From IMG/VR virus record IMGVR_UViG_2600254917_000001, positions 31,254 through 95,253 of that record: DNA of 64,000 nucleotides, one strand, 5' to 3'. Position 1 is the stretch's first letter; every line of letters begins with the position of its first letter. The DNA comes from a virus. Lineage: Duplodnaviria; Caudoviricetes. Made by a program: the position numbers and the translations under genes. The notes below the pieces were generated by a model. The model saw nothing but the letters and a program-made list of their open reading frames with translations, ran no database searches and was not told the origin of the DNA. Shown one piece after another: positions 39,903 through 50,487 of this stretch.

Positions 39903-40322
39903 TCAGCTTTTGCCGTGCTTAGCCAGGCGCTCAAGAGCCGCTTTCAGTTCTTCAGGAGCGTCCTGGGCGACATACTCCAGCACCGCAGCGCTATCAGCAC
40001 CTAAAACGCTGACATACCCTCTTTTTCCTGTTTCTTTCCCAACGTCATTGTTAATCCGCACCTCGATCGCCAGAAGAGATGGTAATAAGCCGTTCTTCAG
40101 CTCGCGCTCCATTTTTGGCAGCGCCTGGCGCAGTCGCAGCTGCCAGGCTGGGCTGGCCACTTCAAGTATCAGCGTCGCGTCACGATAGTTGGCAACGCGA
40201 AACCATGGGGCGAGCGATGCTGGTGCCACCTTTTTTATGGCACTATCCAACCGCAACAACTTAGCAGCGCGCGCCTGTATGCGTTGCAGCTGCTCCCCTT
40301 CCTGATCACCAGTCGAACTCAT
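39903..40322 (-). CDS. dciA: DciA (DUF721) helicase loader homolog
   Basis: LAPWFRVANYRDATLILEVASPAWQLRLR..LPSLLAIEVRIN..PEELKAALERLA matches gammaproteobacterial DciA as I recall it. Confidence 0.8.
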   Translation of the reverse strand: MSSTGDQEGEQLQRIQARAAKLLRLDSAIKKVAPASLAPWFRVANYRDATLILEVASPAWQLRLRQALPKMERELKNGLLPSLLAIEVRINNDVGKETGKRGYVSVLGADSAAVLEYVAQDAPEELKAALERLAKHGKS

Positions 40323-40715
40323 TGAAACTAGTCCTTATTTTTGCTTAAAGCCAGCGAAACGATCACGGCCAGGAATGCAGTTTGTGTGCTGATCACATGC
40401 ATCCAGTGATCTGATCACCGGGGTGGAGTTTGGATATGATCGCCTGCGTTGTAGCATTATAGCGAGTATAAGCAGTGTCTGACGACAAGCAGGGTTGGCC
40501 TTTTCACATTGAAAACTACACACAAATGGCACTCGATACAGGAGTGTCCATTGCTGCGTATGCTGAAATGTACGGGCTCAACCCGAATACATGCCGCCGC
40601 TACCTCCGCAAACCGAACGACACACCGCAGGCAAAACCCGCCCAAAAAACTACAAAAAAAGGCCTGATCACTGATCGGGCAGATGATCTCTTCTCCGATA
40701 AAAAGGAGATCAAAC
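40300..40715. other. Putative pac region (clustered TGATCA/G-type Dam sites)
   Basis: About 10 GATC, mostly TGATCA/TGATCG, upstream of and within 5' pacA. Confidence 0.55.
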
Positions 40716-41704
40716 AGAAGCGGTCAAAAGACCGGCAGAAGAAAAACACTGACTTAGGGGAAGTGAAGGGGCACGAGCGCACGTTGGCGGGCGGAAAAGC
40801 AATATTCGACGCCAACGGCAAGTTGATCAAATTCACGAGAGCCCCGCGTGGGTCTATCGACACCCAGTTCAAGCCTGGTAACAAGGCCAACCGCAATCCG
40901 ATTCTTCACGGCGCCTACGTCACTCCGACTGACCAGGATATCGCTCAGGCTCAACACCTGATTGAAAGCGGCATCATGGAGTCGATAGACGAGTACCTCA
41001 TCTCACATAACCTCGCCCACCTGTTACTTATCAGCCGCAGCCGCGACCGCTCGCTTGAAATTTTCGACGAGCAGGAGCGTGAGCTGGTGATGGTCAATCA
41101 AGGGGGAAAGCGCAAGAAGAAAGATGACGATGATGGTCCGGTTCGTGATGAAGTGCCGCCGGAGTTCAAAAAGCTCTCAATGCTGGTGAACGCCTCTGAA
41201 GCGATAGCCAGTATCACCCGAAACATATCGTCGGTGCGGCAGGTCCTGGATAAACGCCGCAAGGAAGCCGAGAAGCGAGATCTCGATGGTGAATATCGCG
41301 AGGCGATTGTTGATGCATTCCGGCTGCAGGAGCTGCATAACTGGACAGCACTGGAAACGGCCGTATTCATCGAGCGCCAGGGCTTTAAAGTCCCGGCTAC
41401 CCTGGCCCTTATCGTTCAAAATGAACTGAAATTACCGCCACCAGCTGATGATACGAGCAATGTTGATGAGGAGCAGCTTGATAAAGAGGCTCGTGCGTAC
41501 CGAGACAAGCAGCGTGCAGCCGAGGAATTCAGAACTAACCGGCGTAAAGATGTGTCGGAGATCGTTGATAAGCGCGGGTATGGCGATATCGATGAGAACG
41601 GCCAACAGCGCGCGGACCTGGACTACGGCTATGACGAAGAGGACGGTGAAGAGTGGGATGATGAAGAGGAAGACCAGTGGAACGCTGATGAGGGTTCTGC
41701 GTAA
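40475..41704 (+). CDS. pacA: Terminase small subunit PacA
   Basis: [28 protein letters not shown] motif, acidic tail; precedes pacB. Confidence 0.85.
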   Translation: MSDDKQGWPFHIENYTQMALDTGVSIAAYAEMYGLNPNTCRRYLRKPNDTPQAKPAQKTTKKGLITDRADDLFSDKKEIKQKRSKDRQKKNTDLGEVKGHERTLAGGKAIFDANGKLIKFTRAPRGSIDTQFKPGNKANRNPILHGAYVTPTDQDIAQAQHLIESGIMESIDEYLISHNLAHLLLISRSRDRSLEIFDEQERELVMVNQGGKRKKKDDDDGPVRDEVPPEFKKLSMLVNASEAIASITRNISSVRQVLDKRRKEAEKRDLDGEYREAIVDAFRLQELHNWTALETAVFIERQGFKVPATLALIVQNELKLPPPADDTSNVDEEQLDKEARAYRDKQRAAEEFRTNRRKDVSEIVDKRGYGDIDENGQQRADLDYGYDEEDGEEWDDEEEDQWNADEGSA

Positions 41705-43203
41705 TGGCTCACGGTCGCAAAAAGATAAGGTGCGTCACGTCAGATCCTCGTTGGTATGAGCTGGTCCGTAAGTACCGATACCAGTGGGGGCTTGCTGCAG
41801 TGCAGCTCTTCGGTAAAACGCCTACCTGGCAGCAAGACCTGATACTCGACTCAGTACAAGATTCCGGCAGCCGAACGACGGTTTCATCCGGCCACGGTAC
41901 CGGTAAATCGGATATGGCCAGCATCATGGTTATGCTGTTCCTAATCCTCTTCCCACATGCCCGCGTTGTGCTGGTTGCGACGAAAATCGGGCAGGTCCGT
42001 AACGGTATTTTCAAATACATGCGGCAAAACTGGGCTGAGTGTACGAAGCGCTATCCGTGGCTGGCGGAGTACTTCATCCTTACCGACACTGCGTTTTACG
42101 AGCGCACCCAAAAAGGCTCGTGGGAAGTTGTGGCGAAGGGTTTCCGTCTGGGGAATGAGGAAGCCCTTGCCGGTGAGCATGCAAAGCATCTTTTCTACAT
42201 CATTGACGAAGCCTCAGGGGTATCTGATAAGGCGATCGGCGTTATCAAAGGGGCGCTGACGCAGGAAGACAACCGCCTCTTACTCACCTCACAGCCTACT
42301 CGCCCGAGCGGCCACTTCTACGATAGCCATCACTCGCTTAAACGCACTCCAGCCTATCCTGAGGGCTATAACGCGATCGTTCTCAACAGTGAAGAGTCAC
42401 CGCTTGTCACCCTGAACTTTATCAAAGAGAAGCTGGCCGAGTATGGTGGGCGTGATAGCCCTGAATACATGATCAAGGTACTCGGTAGGTTCCCGTCGAT
42501 GTCGAACGAGTTCCTGTTAGGGCTTGATGAATGTGAGCGAGCTGCACGGCGCCCAATTCGGCTTAAAAAGGGTTGGGGATGGGTGGCATGTTGTGACGTC
42601 GGGAACGGCCGAGACAGTTCCGTGCTTTCCATATTCAAAATATCCGGTAACCGTAACCGGCGTCGCGTGATACCGCACCGCGTCATTGAATATGCGGGTA
42701 CCATCGACGCTGTGAAGTTCGCCGACGTGATCGTTGCTGAGTGCCGCGCCGACGTATACCCGAATATAAGCATTGTGATCGATGGGGATGGTATCGGTCA
42801 TAACACAGCTACGCTGGTGGAACGCGCAGGGCTGCAGGTGCAGCGCATACGATGGGGGAAACGTATGCACAGCAAGCAAGATAAGAGCAGATTTATCAAT
42901 CAGCGCGCCTATGCAAATATCGCAGCTCGTGACGCACTGCGCAGCGGGCGGTTACGGCTCGATCCTCAGTCCAAAGTAGTGCAGCAGGCATCAAAGATAC
43001 CGGCATCCCTTAATGAGCTGGGGCAATGGGTCATTATGAAGAAAGAGGTTATGCGCCAGAAGTTCAATATAAAATCACCCGACGTCTGGGACACGTATTG
43101 CTTTGCATTCCTGGCGAACTACGTCCCGGCCAACCAGGACGCGTATTATGACGATGATAGAGAAGAGGCTATGCGCCGGTACCTCAAAGGGCAAGCCGCT
43201 TAA
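41704..43203 (+). CDS. pacB: Terminase large subunit PacB
   Basis: SGHGTGKS Walker A, IIDEA Walker B, KSPDVWD. Confidence 0.92.
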   Translation: MAHGRKKIRCVTSDPRWYELVRKYRYQWGLAAVQLFGKTPTWQQDLILDSVQDSGSRTTVSSGHGTGKSDMASIMVMLFLILFPHARVVLVATKIGQVRNGIFKYMRQNWAECTKRYPWLAEYFILTDTAFYERTQKGSWEVVAKGFRLGNEEALAGEHAKHLFYIIDEASGVSDKAIGVIKGALTQEDNRLLLTSQPTRPSGHFYDSHHSLKRTPAYPEGYNAIVLNSEESPLVTLNFIKEKLAEYGGRDSPEYMIKVLGRFPSMSNEFLLGLDECERAARRPIRLKKGWGWVACCDVGNGRDSSVLSIFKISGNRNRRRVIPHRVIEYAGTIDAVKFADVIVAECRADVYPNISIVIDGDGIGHNTATLVERAGLQVQRIRWGKRMHSKQDKSRFINQRAYANIAARDALRSGRLRLDPQSKVVQQASKIPASLNELGQWVIMKKEVMRQKFNIKSPDVWDTYCFAFLANYVPANQDAYYDDDREEAMRRYLKGQAA

Positions 43204-44015
43204 GCTTTCTGTTGCTTGGCCTTTTCTTGCTTACGCTTAGCCACCAGCTTACGCTGAGCTTTGCGTACGTTCTCGCGGCGCATCTCAGCACGCAGCCGTT
43301 CTTCATAATCAGCAGTGATCGCGTCAACGATCTCAAGGTCATAAAGCTTACGGCTCTGCATAGCAATGCACGGAACAGGCTCCACCTGGTCATATACCGA
43401 ATAGCGCAACTGGGGCGTTGAGAGCTCCACGCCAGTTGAATCGAGATTCTTTTCACGAATGAACATGCCGTGCGCGCTGACGTGTACCGTTTCGCGCTTC
43501 GACTGACCGACAACGTAAAGATAAACCTGCATATCACGGTAGCCACCTTGGCGCGCACGGAAGCGATGGTCGGGATCATATTTCCCGAACCGCTCTTTCT
43601 CTTCCATGAGCGCATCAAGCAACTCGTTATCGCCGTCCTTTTTAGCCCTTTTGATCGCCATGTCTATGCGCTTAAGGACATCGGTCGTAATGTAGTTTCT
43701 TACTACGGTCGCTGTATTGAAGGTGATGCGTGCGCCGCGCACGTTCTCATGTATGAACGGTATGGGGTAAAGATCTGAAGAGCTGCGCGGAAAGCGTTTG
43801 TCGTCGTAAGAGCTGAGCTCTTCAACAAGTGCTTTCCACTTCTCAATGCGGGCAACCCAAGTCATGTATTCTGCTTCAGAAACGATAACGACCGGTCGAG
43901 ATGCAACACCGGTTTCATCGACATCGGCAAACCTGGCACTTTTATGAGCAGCTTTCAGGAACTCACTTTTGTGCTGGAGGAATTGCTTATAAGTAGCTTC
44001 AACCGATGGTGACAT
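43200..44015 (-). CDS. c1: C1 primary repressor
   Basis: [27 protein letters not shown] resemble P1 C1; convergent with pacB as in P1. Confidence 0.8.
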   Translation of the reverse strand: MSPSVEATYKQFLQHKSEFLKAAHKSARFADVDETGVASRPVVIVSEAEYMTWVARIEKWKALVEELSSYDDKRFPRSSSDLYPIPFIHENVRGARITFNTATVVRNYITTDVLKRIDMAIKRAKKDGDNELLDALMEEKERFGKYDPDHRFRARQGGYRDMQVYLYVVGQSKRETVHVSAHGMFIREKNLDSTGVELSTPQLRYSVYDQVEPVPCIAMQSRKLYDLEIVDAITADYEERLRAEMRRENVRKAQRKLVAKRKQEKAKQQKA

Positions 44016-44119
44016 ATTACCCGCATAAATTAATAAGGCCGTGATGATGGCTGTATTATAAGCGCTCCACTTACTAAGGGAACCCCTAATACCGAAGATT
44101 TAAGCACGAAAGCGAAGGT

Positions 44120-44332
44120 TTAGGTGTGATTTGACTTATAGATTGCTTGAATGTGTTTGCGTAGTTTGAGGCGGCAATCACACTTGCCCTGACATCCACA
44201 GAAGTACGAACCGGCATAGAGACGGTCGGTTAAAGCACTAATAAGTTTTCGGTCATTGATCAAAAGAAACATGTCACGGCGGAGACGTTCGAGGTACGAA
44301 TAATCGATTCTTTTCATTGTATTTGTCGTCAT
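44120..44332 (-). CDS. Small protein at the coi position
   Basis: 70 aa upstream of c1, operator at 44338-44354; CxCxxxCxC motif. Confidence 0.45.
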   Translation of the reverse strand: MTTNTMKRIDYSYLERLRRDMFLLINDRKLISALTDRLYAGSYFCGCQGKCDCRLKLRKHIQAIYKSNHT

Positions 44333-44524
44333 GAATAACTCTTTAGTGTGATATTACTTTGTTAAGCGTTAAAAATGTTGTCCTTGGTAACATTTCTCGG
44401 ACAAGTACCATTCAGATCTATCTTTCTGGCCCCGTCTACGCCTACACGGCTAATCATTCTCTTGAGTTCCATTCATGAAACATATGGTAACGCACGTTAC
44501 TAACGTCAAACGCAAGAAAAACTT

Positions 44525-44558
44525 AAAAAGTAATATAATGGCACTTATATTACTTTAG
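44525..44558. other. lox-type recombination site AAAAAGTAATATA-ATGGCACT-TATATTACTTTAG
   Basis: 13-8-13 geometry, arms 11/13 inverted match with inner TATA; lies between c1 and cre. Confidence 0.8.
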
Positions 44559-44661
44559 GGGTTAGAATGAGAGGGGGAATTGCATGTGCGCTACGTGAAA
44601 TCTGGCGTACTGAGCCTGCCAAAAATTAAAAGAATTTACGTAGCGTCACCTTGTTTGCAGC

Positions 44662-45711
44662 TTGAATGGACTGAAATTGAATAAAATTACGCCTGTCGTA
44701 CCCGGAAAACATGAGGTCAGCACGGTAGTTCAGGGTGTCGATGCTGCTATTGCAGAAAATCTGCGCAAGTTTGTCGAGGACCGTGAAGCCTATTCATCAA
44801 AGACCTGGACTCAACTTGAGCACGTTTTTCGCGCTTGGGGCCGTTGGTGCTGGGAACGAAACTATCCGCTATTGCCGATCCACCCGGGCCACCTCAGAGA
44901 ATACGTCCTTCATCTGGCAAATCACTACAGCGTCAATTCTGTGACACTTCATATGTCTCTGCTCGCTATGCTCCAGCAACAGGCACAGCTCGTTCCGGCC
45001 AACAACCATCCTGACGTAAAGCGGGCAATGAAGAAAGTGCGCCGGTTGTCTGCCGAGAACGGCGAATACACCGGCCAGGCTATTCCGTTTTCGATTCACG
45101 ATCTGCGTACGGTCGCACTGGTCTGGCAAGATTCTGACGACATAGCTGATGTCAGAAACCTGGCTTTTCTTGCGGTCTCGTATCATACGCTGCTTCGAAT
45201 TTCTGAAGTTTCACGCTTCAGAGTGAAGGATTTTCAACCTTTGGCGAACGGTATGTCTACGCTATTCGTGGGTAGGACAAAGACCAACCTCTCTGGCGAC
45301 GGTACAGTCAAAGCTCTCGGTAAGTGGGCGACGCAGCTGGTTCAAAACTGGATAACAAAATCAGGGCTGGATGAATGGCCGGATGCCATTCTCTTCTCTC
45401 CGGTACACCGTGGCGGCCGAGTGCGGATCACAACAAGCCCCATGGCGATAAAAAATCTGGAGCCCATCTATCATGCGGCCTGGTACGCGCTGAATACTGA
45501 TCCTGCTGAGACACAAAATGGCCGTTATGCAACATGGACCGGACACAGCGCCCGTGTCGGTGCAGCATGCGACATGGCCGAGCGAGGCGTGAGTCTCCCC
45601 CAGATAATGCGAGAAGGGGGCTGGAAGAAGCCTGAAACGGTATTGCGGTACATCCGCCGTAAAGAGGCTTTTAGTTCAGCCATGCTCGACATAACAGATG
45701 AAGAAAGTTAA
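44662..45711 (+). CDS. cre: Cre-like tyrosine recombinase
   Basis: YHTLLRISE, RTKT, WTGHSARVGAA.DMA, GGW, VLRYIR catalytic residues; exact start uncertain. Confidence 0.92.
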   Translation: MNGLKLNKITPVVPGKHEVSTVVQGVDAAIAENLRKFVEDREAYSSKTWTQLEHVFRAWGRWCWERNYPLLPIHPGHLREYVLHLANHYSVNSVTLHMSLLAMLQQQAQLVPANNHPDVKRAMKKVRRLSAENGEYTGQAIPFSIHDLRTVALVWQDSDDIADVRNLAFLAVSYHTLLRISEVSRFRVKDFQPLANGMSTLFVGRTKTNLSGDGTVKALGKWATQLVQNWITKSGLDEWPDAILFSPVHRGGRVRITTSPMAIKNLEPIYHAAWYALNTDPAETQNGRYATWTGHSARVGAACDMAERGVSLPQIMREGGWKKPETVLRYIRRKEAFSSAMLDITDEES

Positions 45712-45865
45712 GTTCCGCTCCATATATTAATGATCACACACTAAACGTTTATTATCTTGCTTTGAGCAAAATTCAGCCTAAAATACGTAGTAAGCAAGCT
45801 GATCCTATCTACTTCCAACACCCTTCAGGGCCACTTCGGTGGCCCTTTTTTTTTGGTGAAAAACT

Positions 45866-46507
45866 ATGGCGAATAGAAAAATCCTGGCGGTATGCCTGTC
45901 GACTAAACAGCCCGCATACGCGACCGCTGCGTGGCTTGATGAGCACCTGGGCATACTTGACTTTAAGCCGTTACCCCCGCAGCGCAGCAAACTCGATGCC
46001 GCACTACTCCCTCTCCTTGAAGAGCATAAGAAGGACGGCTATCACATGATTATCGACGATGCTAGCGAGCGTATTAGCAGGCGTTACGGCATTCCGTTCC
46101 GTCTCAGCAATCTCGATAATCACGGTCGCCCTATGCTCATTTCTTCACTTGAGCTCTATAAGGAACTTCAGAACCAGGCAGCGATCACTTATCCGAAGGG
46201 ACTGCAAGGCATGTTTAGCGTTCCGGAGTCGATTGTCGATGAAGATACTGATCCACGCGGGAACACGATATTCCGCATCGACTGGGCCAGCATCACCACA
46301 CAGCATGTTTTAACCCTCCTTTGCGTGCAGGGTACCACTTACAACCAGGTTGGCAGTGCAGAGTACATTAATGCGATGGTTTGTGATAACACACTAAACA
46401 ATAATTCGAATCCATATAGCCCCCTTAGCGCTGTCATCTCTGACTATGAGCGGAGGAGTATTGAGAACATTGGCTCAGAGATGACCGGCAAGAAAGGGAT
46501 CCTATGA
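45866..46507 (+). CDS. mat: Probable Mat (particle maturation) protein
   Basis: PESIVD..RIDW..I..QHVL.LLC..T.Y resembles a P1 virion-related protein I recall as Mat; downstream of cre. Confidence 0.5.
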   Translation: MANRKILAVCLSTKQPAYATAAWLDEHLGILDFKPLPPQRSKLDAALLPLLEEHKKDGYHMIIDDASERISRRYGIPFRLSNLDNHGRPMLISSLELYKELQNQAAITYPKGLQGMFSVPESIVDEDTDPRGNTIFRIDWASITTQHVLTLLCVQGTTYNQVGSAEYINAMVCDNTLNNNSNPYSPLSAVISDYERRSIENIGSEMTGKKGIL

Positions 46508-46833
46508 GCGAGTATTCGAGGCTTGATGACCGTGTCGTAAATGATGCGGTCATCCGCACATATCTATATAGAGACATCACACAACGCGTGGCGGGCAATG
46601 ACAGTGAGCTGATCACCCGGTGCGTTCTAGAAGACGAGGAATACCGGCCGGACCTGCTGGCGTTTCGGGTTTACGGTTCTGGTGGGCATACGCTGAGATG
46701 GTTGGTCTCGCTGGTGGCCGGGAACGAAACTGAAGATTTGCCCCTTCCTGTTGGCGAAACACTGGCTCTTCCCCCTTTAGCATGGGTGCGTGAACGCATC
46801 CGGCACTGGTCTACTGTTGCGGAGCTGGAGTAA
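46504..46833 (+). CDS. Baseplate protein (P1 gp26-like)
   Basis: EYRPDLLAFRVYG..LRWLV; first of the 26-25-7-24-6-5 block. Confidence 0.7.
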   Translation: MSEYSRLDDRVVNDAVIRTYLYRDITQRVAGNDSELITRCVLEDEEYRPDLLAFRVYGSGGHTLRWLVSLVAGNETEDLPLPVGETLALPPLAWVRERIRHWSTVAELE

Positions 46834-48038
46834 TGGCTGCGGTTGAACAAGACAGCGCAGGCCGCTGGCTAACAGCAGGATTAAGCCCGCGTTCGTTTAA
46901 CACAATCTTTAATAAGATTCAGAAAGCACAGCGCAGTAACCGGCGCGGCGCCCGCCGCACGTTAACGCCTGGCATGTTGCATAACAAGGAGCTGGAGAAG
47001 TTTCTTCAGCTGGGGAAAAAGAAAGAAGGGACGTTTTTCACCGCCGACGATATGAAGCAATTCATAGAACGGCGTAAGACACATCGTTCTACTTTCGCCA
47101 GCGACGTCCCGGGCATTACATGGTCGCAACTCGCCGCTCAGTCAACAAAGGCTGACATCGACCGCGCGAGCAACCGGGTTGATGACGGTACCGGCATAAA
47201 AAAGGCCATGTTCATTGGCATCCAGCATGATCTAGCCATGGTCAATGTCGCTGCGTCTGACGTTTCCAAGCACCAAAATCACCGCGTTCGCATTCGTTTT
47301 GAGACCTGGGACCAGGCTGTTGAGAAAGCAGCAAATCCCGAAGCCGATATCAACAAAATCACACGCAAAATGTGCGCCGACCGCGTCTCTATCGACTGTG
47401 ATTGCGGCCGTCATCAGTACTGGTTCCGCTATATGGCCACAGCAGGTAATTACTGTGTCGCCCCACCAAAAGAATATGCCTTCCCGAAAATTCGGAACCC
47501 AGATCTGAAGGGGGTCGCGTGTAAGCACGTCCTGCACGCAATGAATCGCTTTCAGTCCCGAACCTGGCAGATGCAGCTGGCGACGCAGCTGAGGAAAAGC
47601 GCGAAACGGGTAAGTTTCGGCGATGATGCGAAGAAGACCTCTCGGTTCTTTTCCGAAGAGGAAATGGCCGCAATGGCCCGCAACCGGCGCAATACGATAG
47701 ATCAGGGCGCTTTACGTAAAGCGTTCGAGCAGTATCAGCGCAACCAGGACAACTTCAGTAAATCGATGAAGGGAAATAAGCAAGCGGTCGAGAAGCTTAG
47801 ATCCTCCCTCAAGAAGTCCAGAACACTCAGCCAGCAGCAGAAAAAAGCCCTTAAAGAAGCTCAGGAGCGAGAAAAAAAGCTCATACAGGAGCGGGATGCG
47901 GCCAAGAAGCTGCTGCAGGACCAACTGAAGGTCAAAAAGAACTCTTTTATCGACGCGCTGCGCATGGCCGGCAAAACAAAAGCAGAGGCAGAGGACATGT
48001 TTAAACAATGGCTTGAGCAGCAGATGAGGACACAATGA
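46833..48038 (+). CDS. Tail-associated protein (P1 gp25-like, SWIM-type Cys/His)
   Basis: DCDCGRHQYW.RY..P.IRNP.L.GVACKH. Confidence 0.7.
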   Translation: MAAVEQDSAGRWLTAGLSPRSFNTIFNKIQKAQRSNRRGARRTLTPGMLHNKELEKFLQLGKKKEGTFFTADDMKQFIERRKTHRSTFASDVPGITWSQLAAQSTKADIDRASNRVDDGTGIKKAMFIGIQHDLAMVNVAASDVSKHQNHRVRIRFETWDQAVEKAANPEADINKITRKMCADRVSIDCDCGRHQYWFRYMATAGNYCVAPPKEYAFPKIRNPDLKGVACKHVLHAMNRFQSRTWQMQLATQLRKSAKRVSFGDDAKKTSRFFSEEEMAAMARNRRNTIDQGALRKAFEQYQRNQDNFSKSMKGNKQAVEKLRSSLKKSRTLSQQQKKALKEAQEREKKLIQERDAAKKLLQDQLKVKKNSFIDALRMAGKTKAEAEDMFKQWLEQQMRTQ

Positions 48039-48748
48039 CTCGTATTTCTTTCGATGATTTCTTTCAATCACCACCAGATCCGGTTACGCCGCTGCCGCCA
48101 ATACAGACAACCGAGCAAGTCGTAACCTCAGAGCTGGTGGCCGAAGATAACCCCCCGGGAGCTGGGGAAGAGCAGCAGGACGAGATTCTTCCTTCTCCCT
48201 CTGGTCCCGTCGTTCCTGCAGGCGCAGGTCAGCAAAGTTTCGACAGCGCGCGCCGACGCTACGAGGGGCACTCACCGCTTAATGATCTCGTCCGGGAGGA
48301 TTGGATCAAGGTGATAGAGATAAGCCCTGACCGCTTTGATGCCCTTCTCTATCGTGCGATCCCACCAGCCGAACCGGCATCGGAACAGAAGGGCTATGAA
48401 CAGAACATGGTTGGCGTTCTTTCCGTCCACCAGCAGGAGCTGTCATACGATTCGCCGGTATGGGTGCCGGTGCTGGACTGCCCTGACGAAATGCAGGAGT
48501 TTAACACCGTCGACAGTGACGACGATGGCGTCGGCGTGCCTGATAGCGTCCTGATACTACGTATCGGCTCGACCGGTATCCCGCGCGGTTCGATCCTTGA
48601 GTTTGAAGAAGAGATAAACAACGGCGAATATCGCCGCGCCTGGTGGTACGTCCTGGACATTCACAACTACGGTACAGTGGGCGTAGGTAGCCTGTACTAC
48701 TGCGTTCCATGCCGCTCATTTGAAGGGATTCTCGATGGCTCTGCTTAA
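48035..48748 (+). CDS. Tail protein (P1 gp7-like)
   Basis: Synteny; RAWWYV..GSLYYCVP C-terminus. Confidence 0.6.
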   Translation: MTRISFDDFFQSPPDPVTPLPPIQTTEQVVTSELVAEDNPPGAGEEQQDEILPSPSGPVVPAGAGQQSFDSARRRYEGHSPLNDLVREDWIKVIEISPDRFDALLYRAIPPAEPASEQKGYEQNMVGVLSVHQQELSYDSPVWVPVLDCPDEMQEFNTVDSDDDGVGVPDSVLILRIGSTGIPRGSILEFEEEINNGEYRRAWWYVLDIHNYGTVGVGSLYYCVPCRSFEGILDGSA

Positions 48749-49514
48749 CCCTACCCTACTCGCCCGTCTATATAGCGAGCATCTTGAGCCCACCGGCGTT
48801 CGTGAGGTTTCTGATCTCAATGACGTTGACGTGGCATTTTGCAATAACCTGCTTAGAGCCTTTGAAGGCGTGGTGGTTTCGGACCTCAGGCGAGAAACGA
48901 AGCCATTCCATGCCTGGTTAAACCGGGCCCCTTCGGATCAGATCATCTTCGGCGAGTTTGACGATGTTCCGAGCTTTCTTGACGCTTATCAGAAGAGCGG
49001 AACGGGGCGTAACCAGGAGGCTGGCACGCGCAACACGTTGGCTCTGCCGATCATAAATGTCAGCCGTTCCGTCGACTTTTCACTCTATACCGGCGAGATC
49101 ACCCGCGACATGCCCTGGTGTGCAACCTTGGTTAACGTCGACAAAGAAACGTACGCCGTTTTGAGCAAAACACACGCTGAGATAAGTTACAACGTCACGA
49201 TTATCAGTGATGAACGCTACACGTTAAGCCGGATGAGCACCACGTTGGGATCGTGGCTATGTTTGCTGGCGACGCACGGCGTGACGAACTTTACGGCCAA
49301 AACGAAGCTGGCAGAAGCTGATATTGAACTGGGGGTAGAGTTAACTGACCCAAAAAGCGTGATGTTCAGCAATGTGTCCCTTCCCCAATCTGAGAACCGG
49401 ATTTATGCCACGCAAGCGATGATTACGGTCGTTGCTGACGTAATGGTCGCCTACGGCGTGAAATCTTCAACGCGGCGCATAAACGTGAAAATGGGGGTGA
49501 ACGATGGCCGATAA
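48735..49514 (+). CDS. Tail/baseplate protein (P1 gp24-like)
   Basis: Synteny; LPIINVSRS motif. Confidence 0.55.
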   Translation: MALLNPTLLARLYSEHLEPTGVREVSDLNDVDVAFCNNLLRAFEGVVVSDLRRETKPFHAWLNRAPSDQIIFGEFDDVPSFLDAYQKSGTGRNQEAGTRNTLALPIINVSRSVDFSLYTGEITRDMPWCATLVNVDKETYAVLSKTHAEISYNVTIISDERYTLSRMSTTLGSWLCLLATHGVTNFTAKTKLAEADIELGVELTDPKSVMFSNVSLPQSENRIYATQAMITVVADVMVAYGVKSSTRRINVKMGVNDGR

Positions 49515-50487
49515 GCAGCAGCTGTTTCTGCAAAAGCTCAGCATAAATGGTCACGATATCCCGCTTGAGCTTCTGGTCACATTCGCTTATATCGAGGCCA
49601 GTGACCTTTCAGGGCCGCAAATGATAGCGACCTTACGCGATATGACCGGCACGCTGGTGGACAACGTAGGACTCAAAGAGGGGGCAATTTGCGTATGCAA
49701 CATGGGTGATCCGGATGGATTAGGCGGCGTTTTATTTCAGGAGACGTTTCATGTAGTGCGGGCACCCGCGATGCAGGACCAGGTAACCATCATGGCGTTC
49801 GCTAAAAACGTATTCGACATGAAGCAACCTGCCGGTGCCGCGCGATTCTTTAATGACCGCGGCGCAGCAACGGTCATCGCAGCTTTATCGCCAGGCGTGA
49901 AGCTGGAGGCCGACTGCTTTAAACGTCAAGGGACCTGGCATCTGAACAACGGGCAGACCCCTTCACAACTGTTCAGGGAGATCGCGCGAGATCACGGTGC
50001 CTTGTTATTCAGCTGCCGGGGTAAGCTGCACGCCAAAAGCCTGGCGAACCTCGGCCGCGCGCGAGGTGCACTGCGCTATGAGGTCAACAACCCCAAAGCA
50101 GAGTACACGCTGTCCCACTTCGCCAACGTCAGCAGTGATTATGAATACACGCACGCGCATGTCACGCGGCCAGTCGGATATTCAATGACCGATGGCTACA
50201 GGGTTGCTCAGGGAGAACGGAATCAGCCCGTATCACTTTATCCAGTCTCGATCCAAGGTGCGTTGAATAACCAGAACAAGTACCTGCAACCTCTTTTCGA
50301 CGCTGAGTGTGCGGGTAATGGCGCCCTTATGCCCGGTGTGGTTCTCGATGTCATTGTTAACCGGTATAGCGATGAAAACCCGATCGATGAATCGCTTCCC
50401 CCGCGAATGATCATTGACCGCGTTACCCACTATCAGGACCGCTTCAGCTATCAATGCCGCATCATTTTAGGAGGAGTAAGACCATGA
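49504..50487 (+). CDS. Baseplate hub/tail protein (P1 gp6-like)
   Basis: Precedes spike gene; GNGALMPG..IDRVTH. Confidence 0.6.
   Translation: MADKQQLFLQKLSINGHDIPLELLVTFAYIEASDLSGPQMIATLRDMTGTLVDNVGLKEGAICVCNMGDPDGLGGVLFQETFHVVRAPAMQDQVTIMAFAKNVFDMKQPAGAARFFNDRGAATVIAALSPGVKLEADCFKRQGTWHLNNGQTPSQLFREIARDHGALLFSCRGKLHAKSLANLGRARGALRYEVNNPKAEYTLSHFANVSSDYEYTHAHVTRPVGYSMTDGYRVAQGERNQPVSLYPVSIQGALNNQNKYLQPLFDAECAGNGALMPGVVLDVIVNRYSDENPIDESLPPRMIIDRVTHYQDRFSYQCRIILGGVRP

Noticed and set aside
44060-44510. Further weak operator-like matches (about 44066 and 44492)
   Set aside because: Too many mismatches to call without a position weight matrix.
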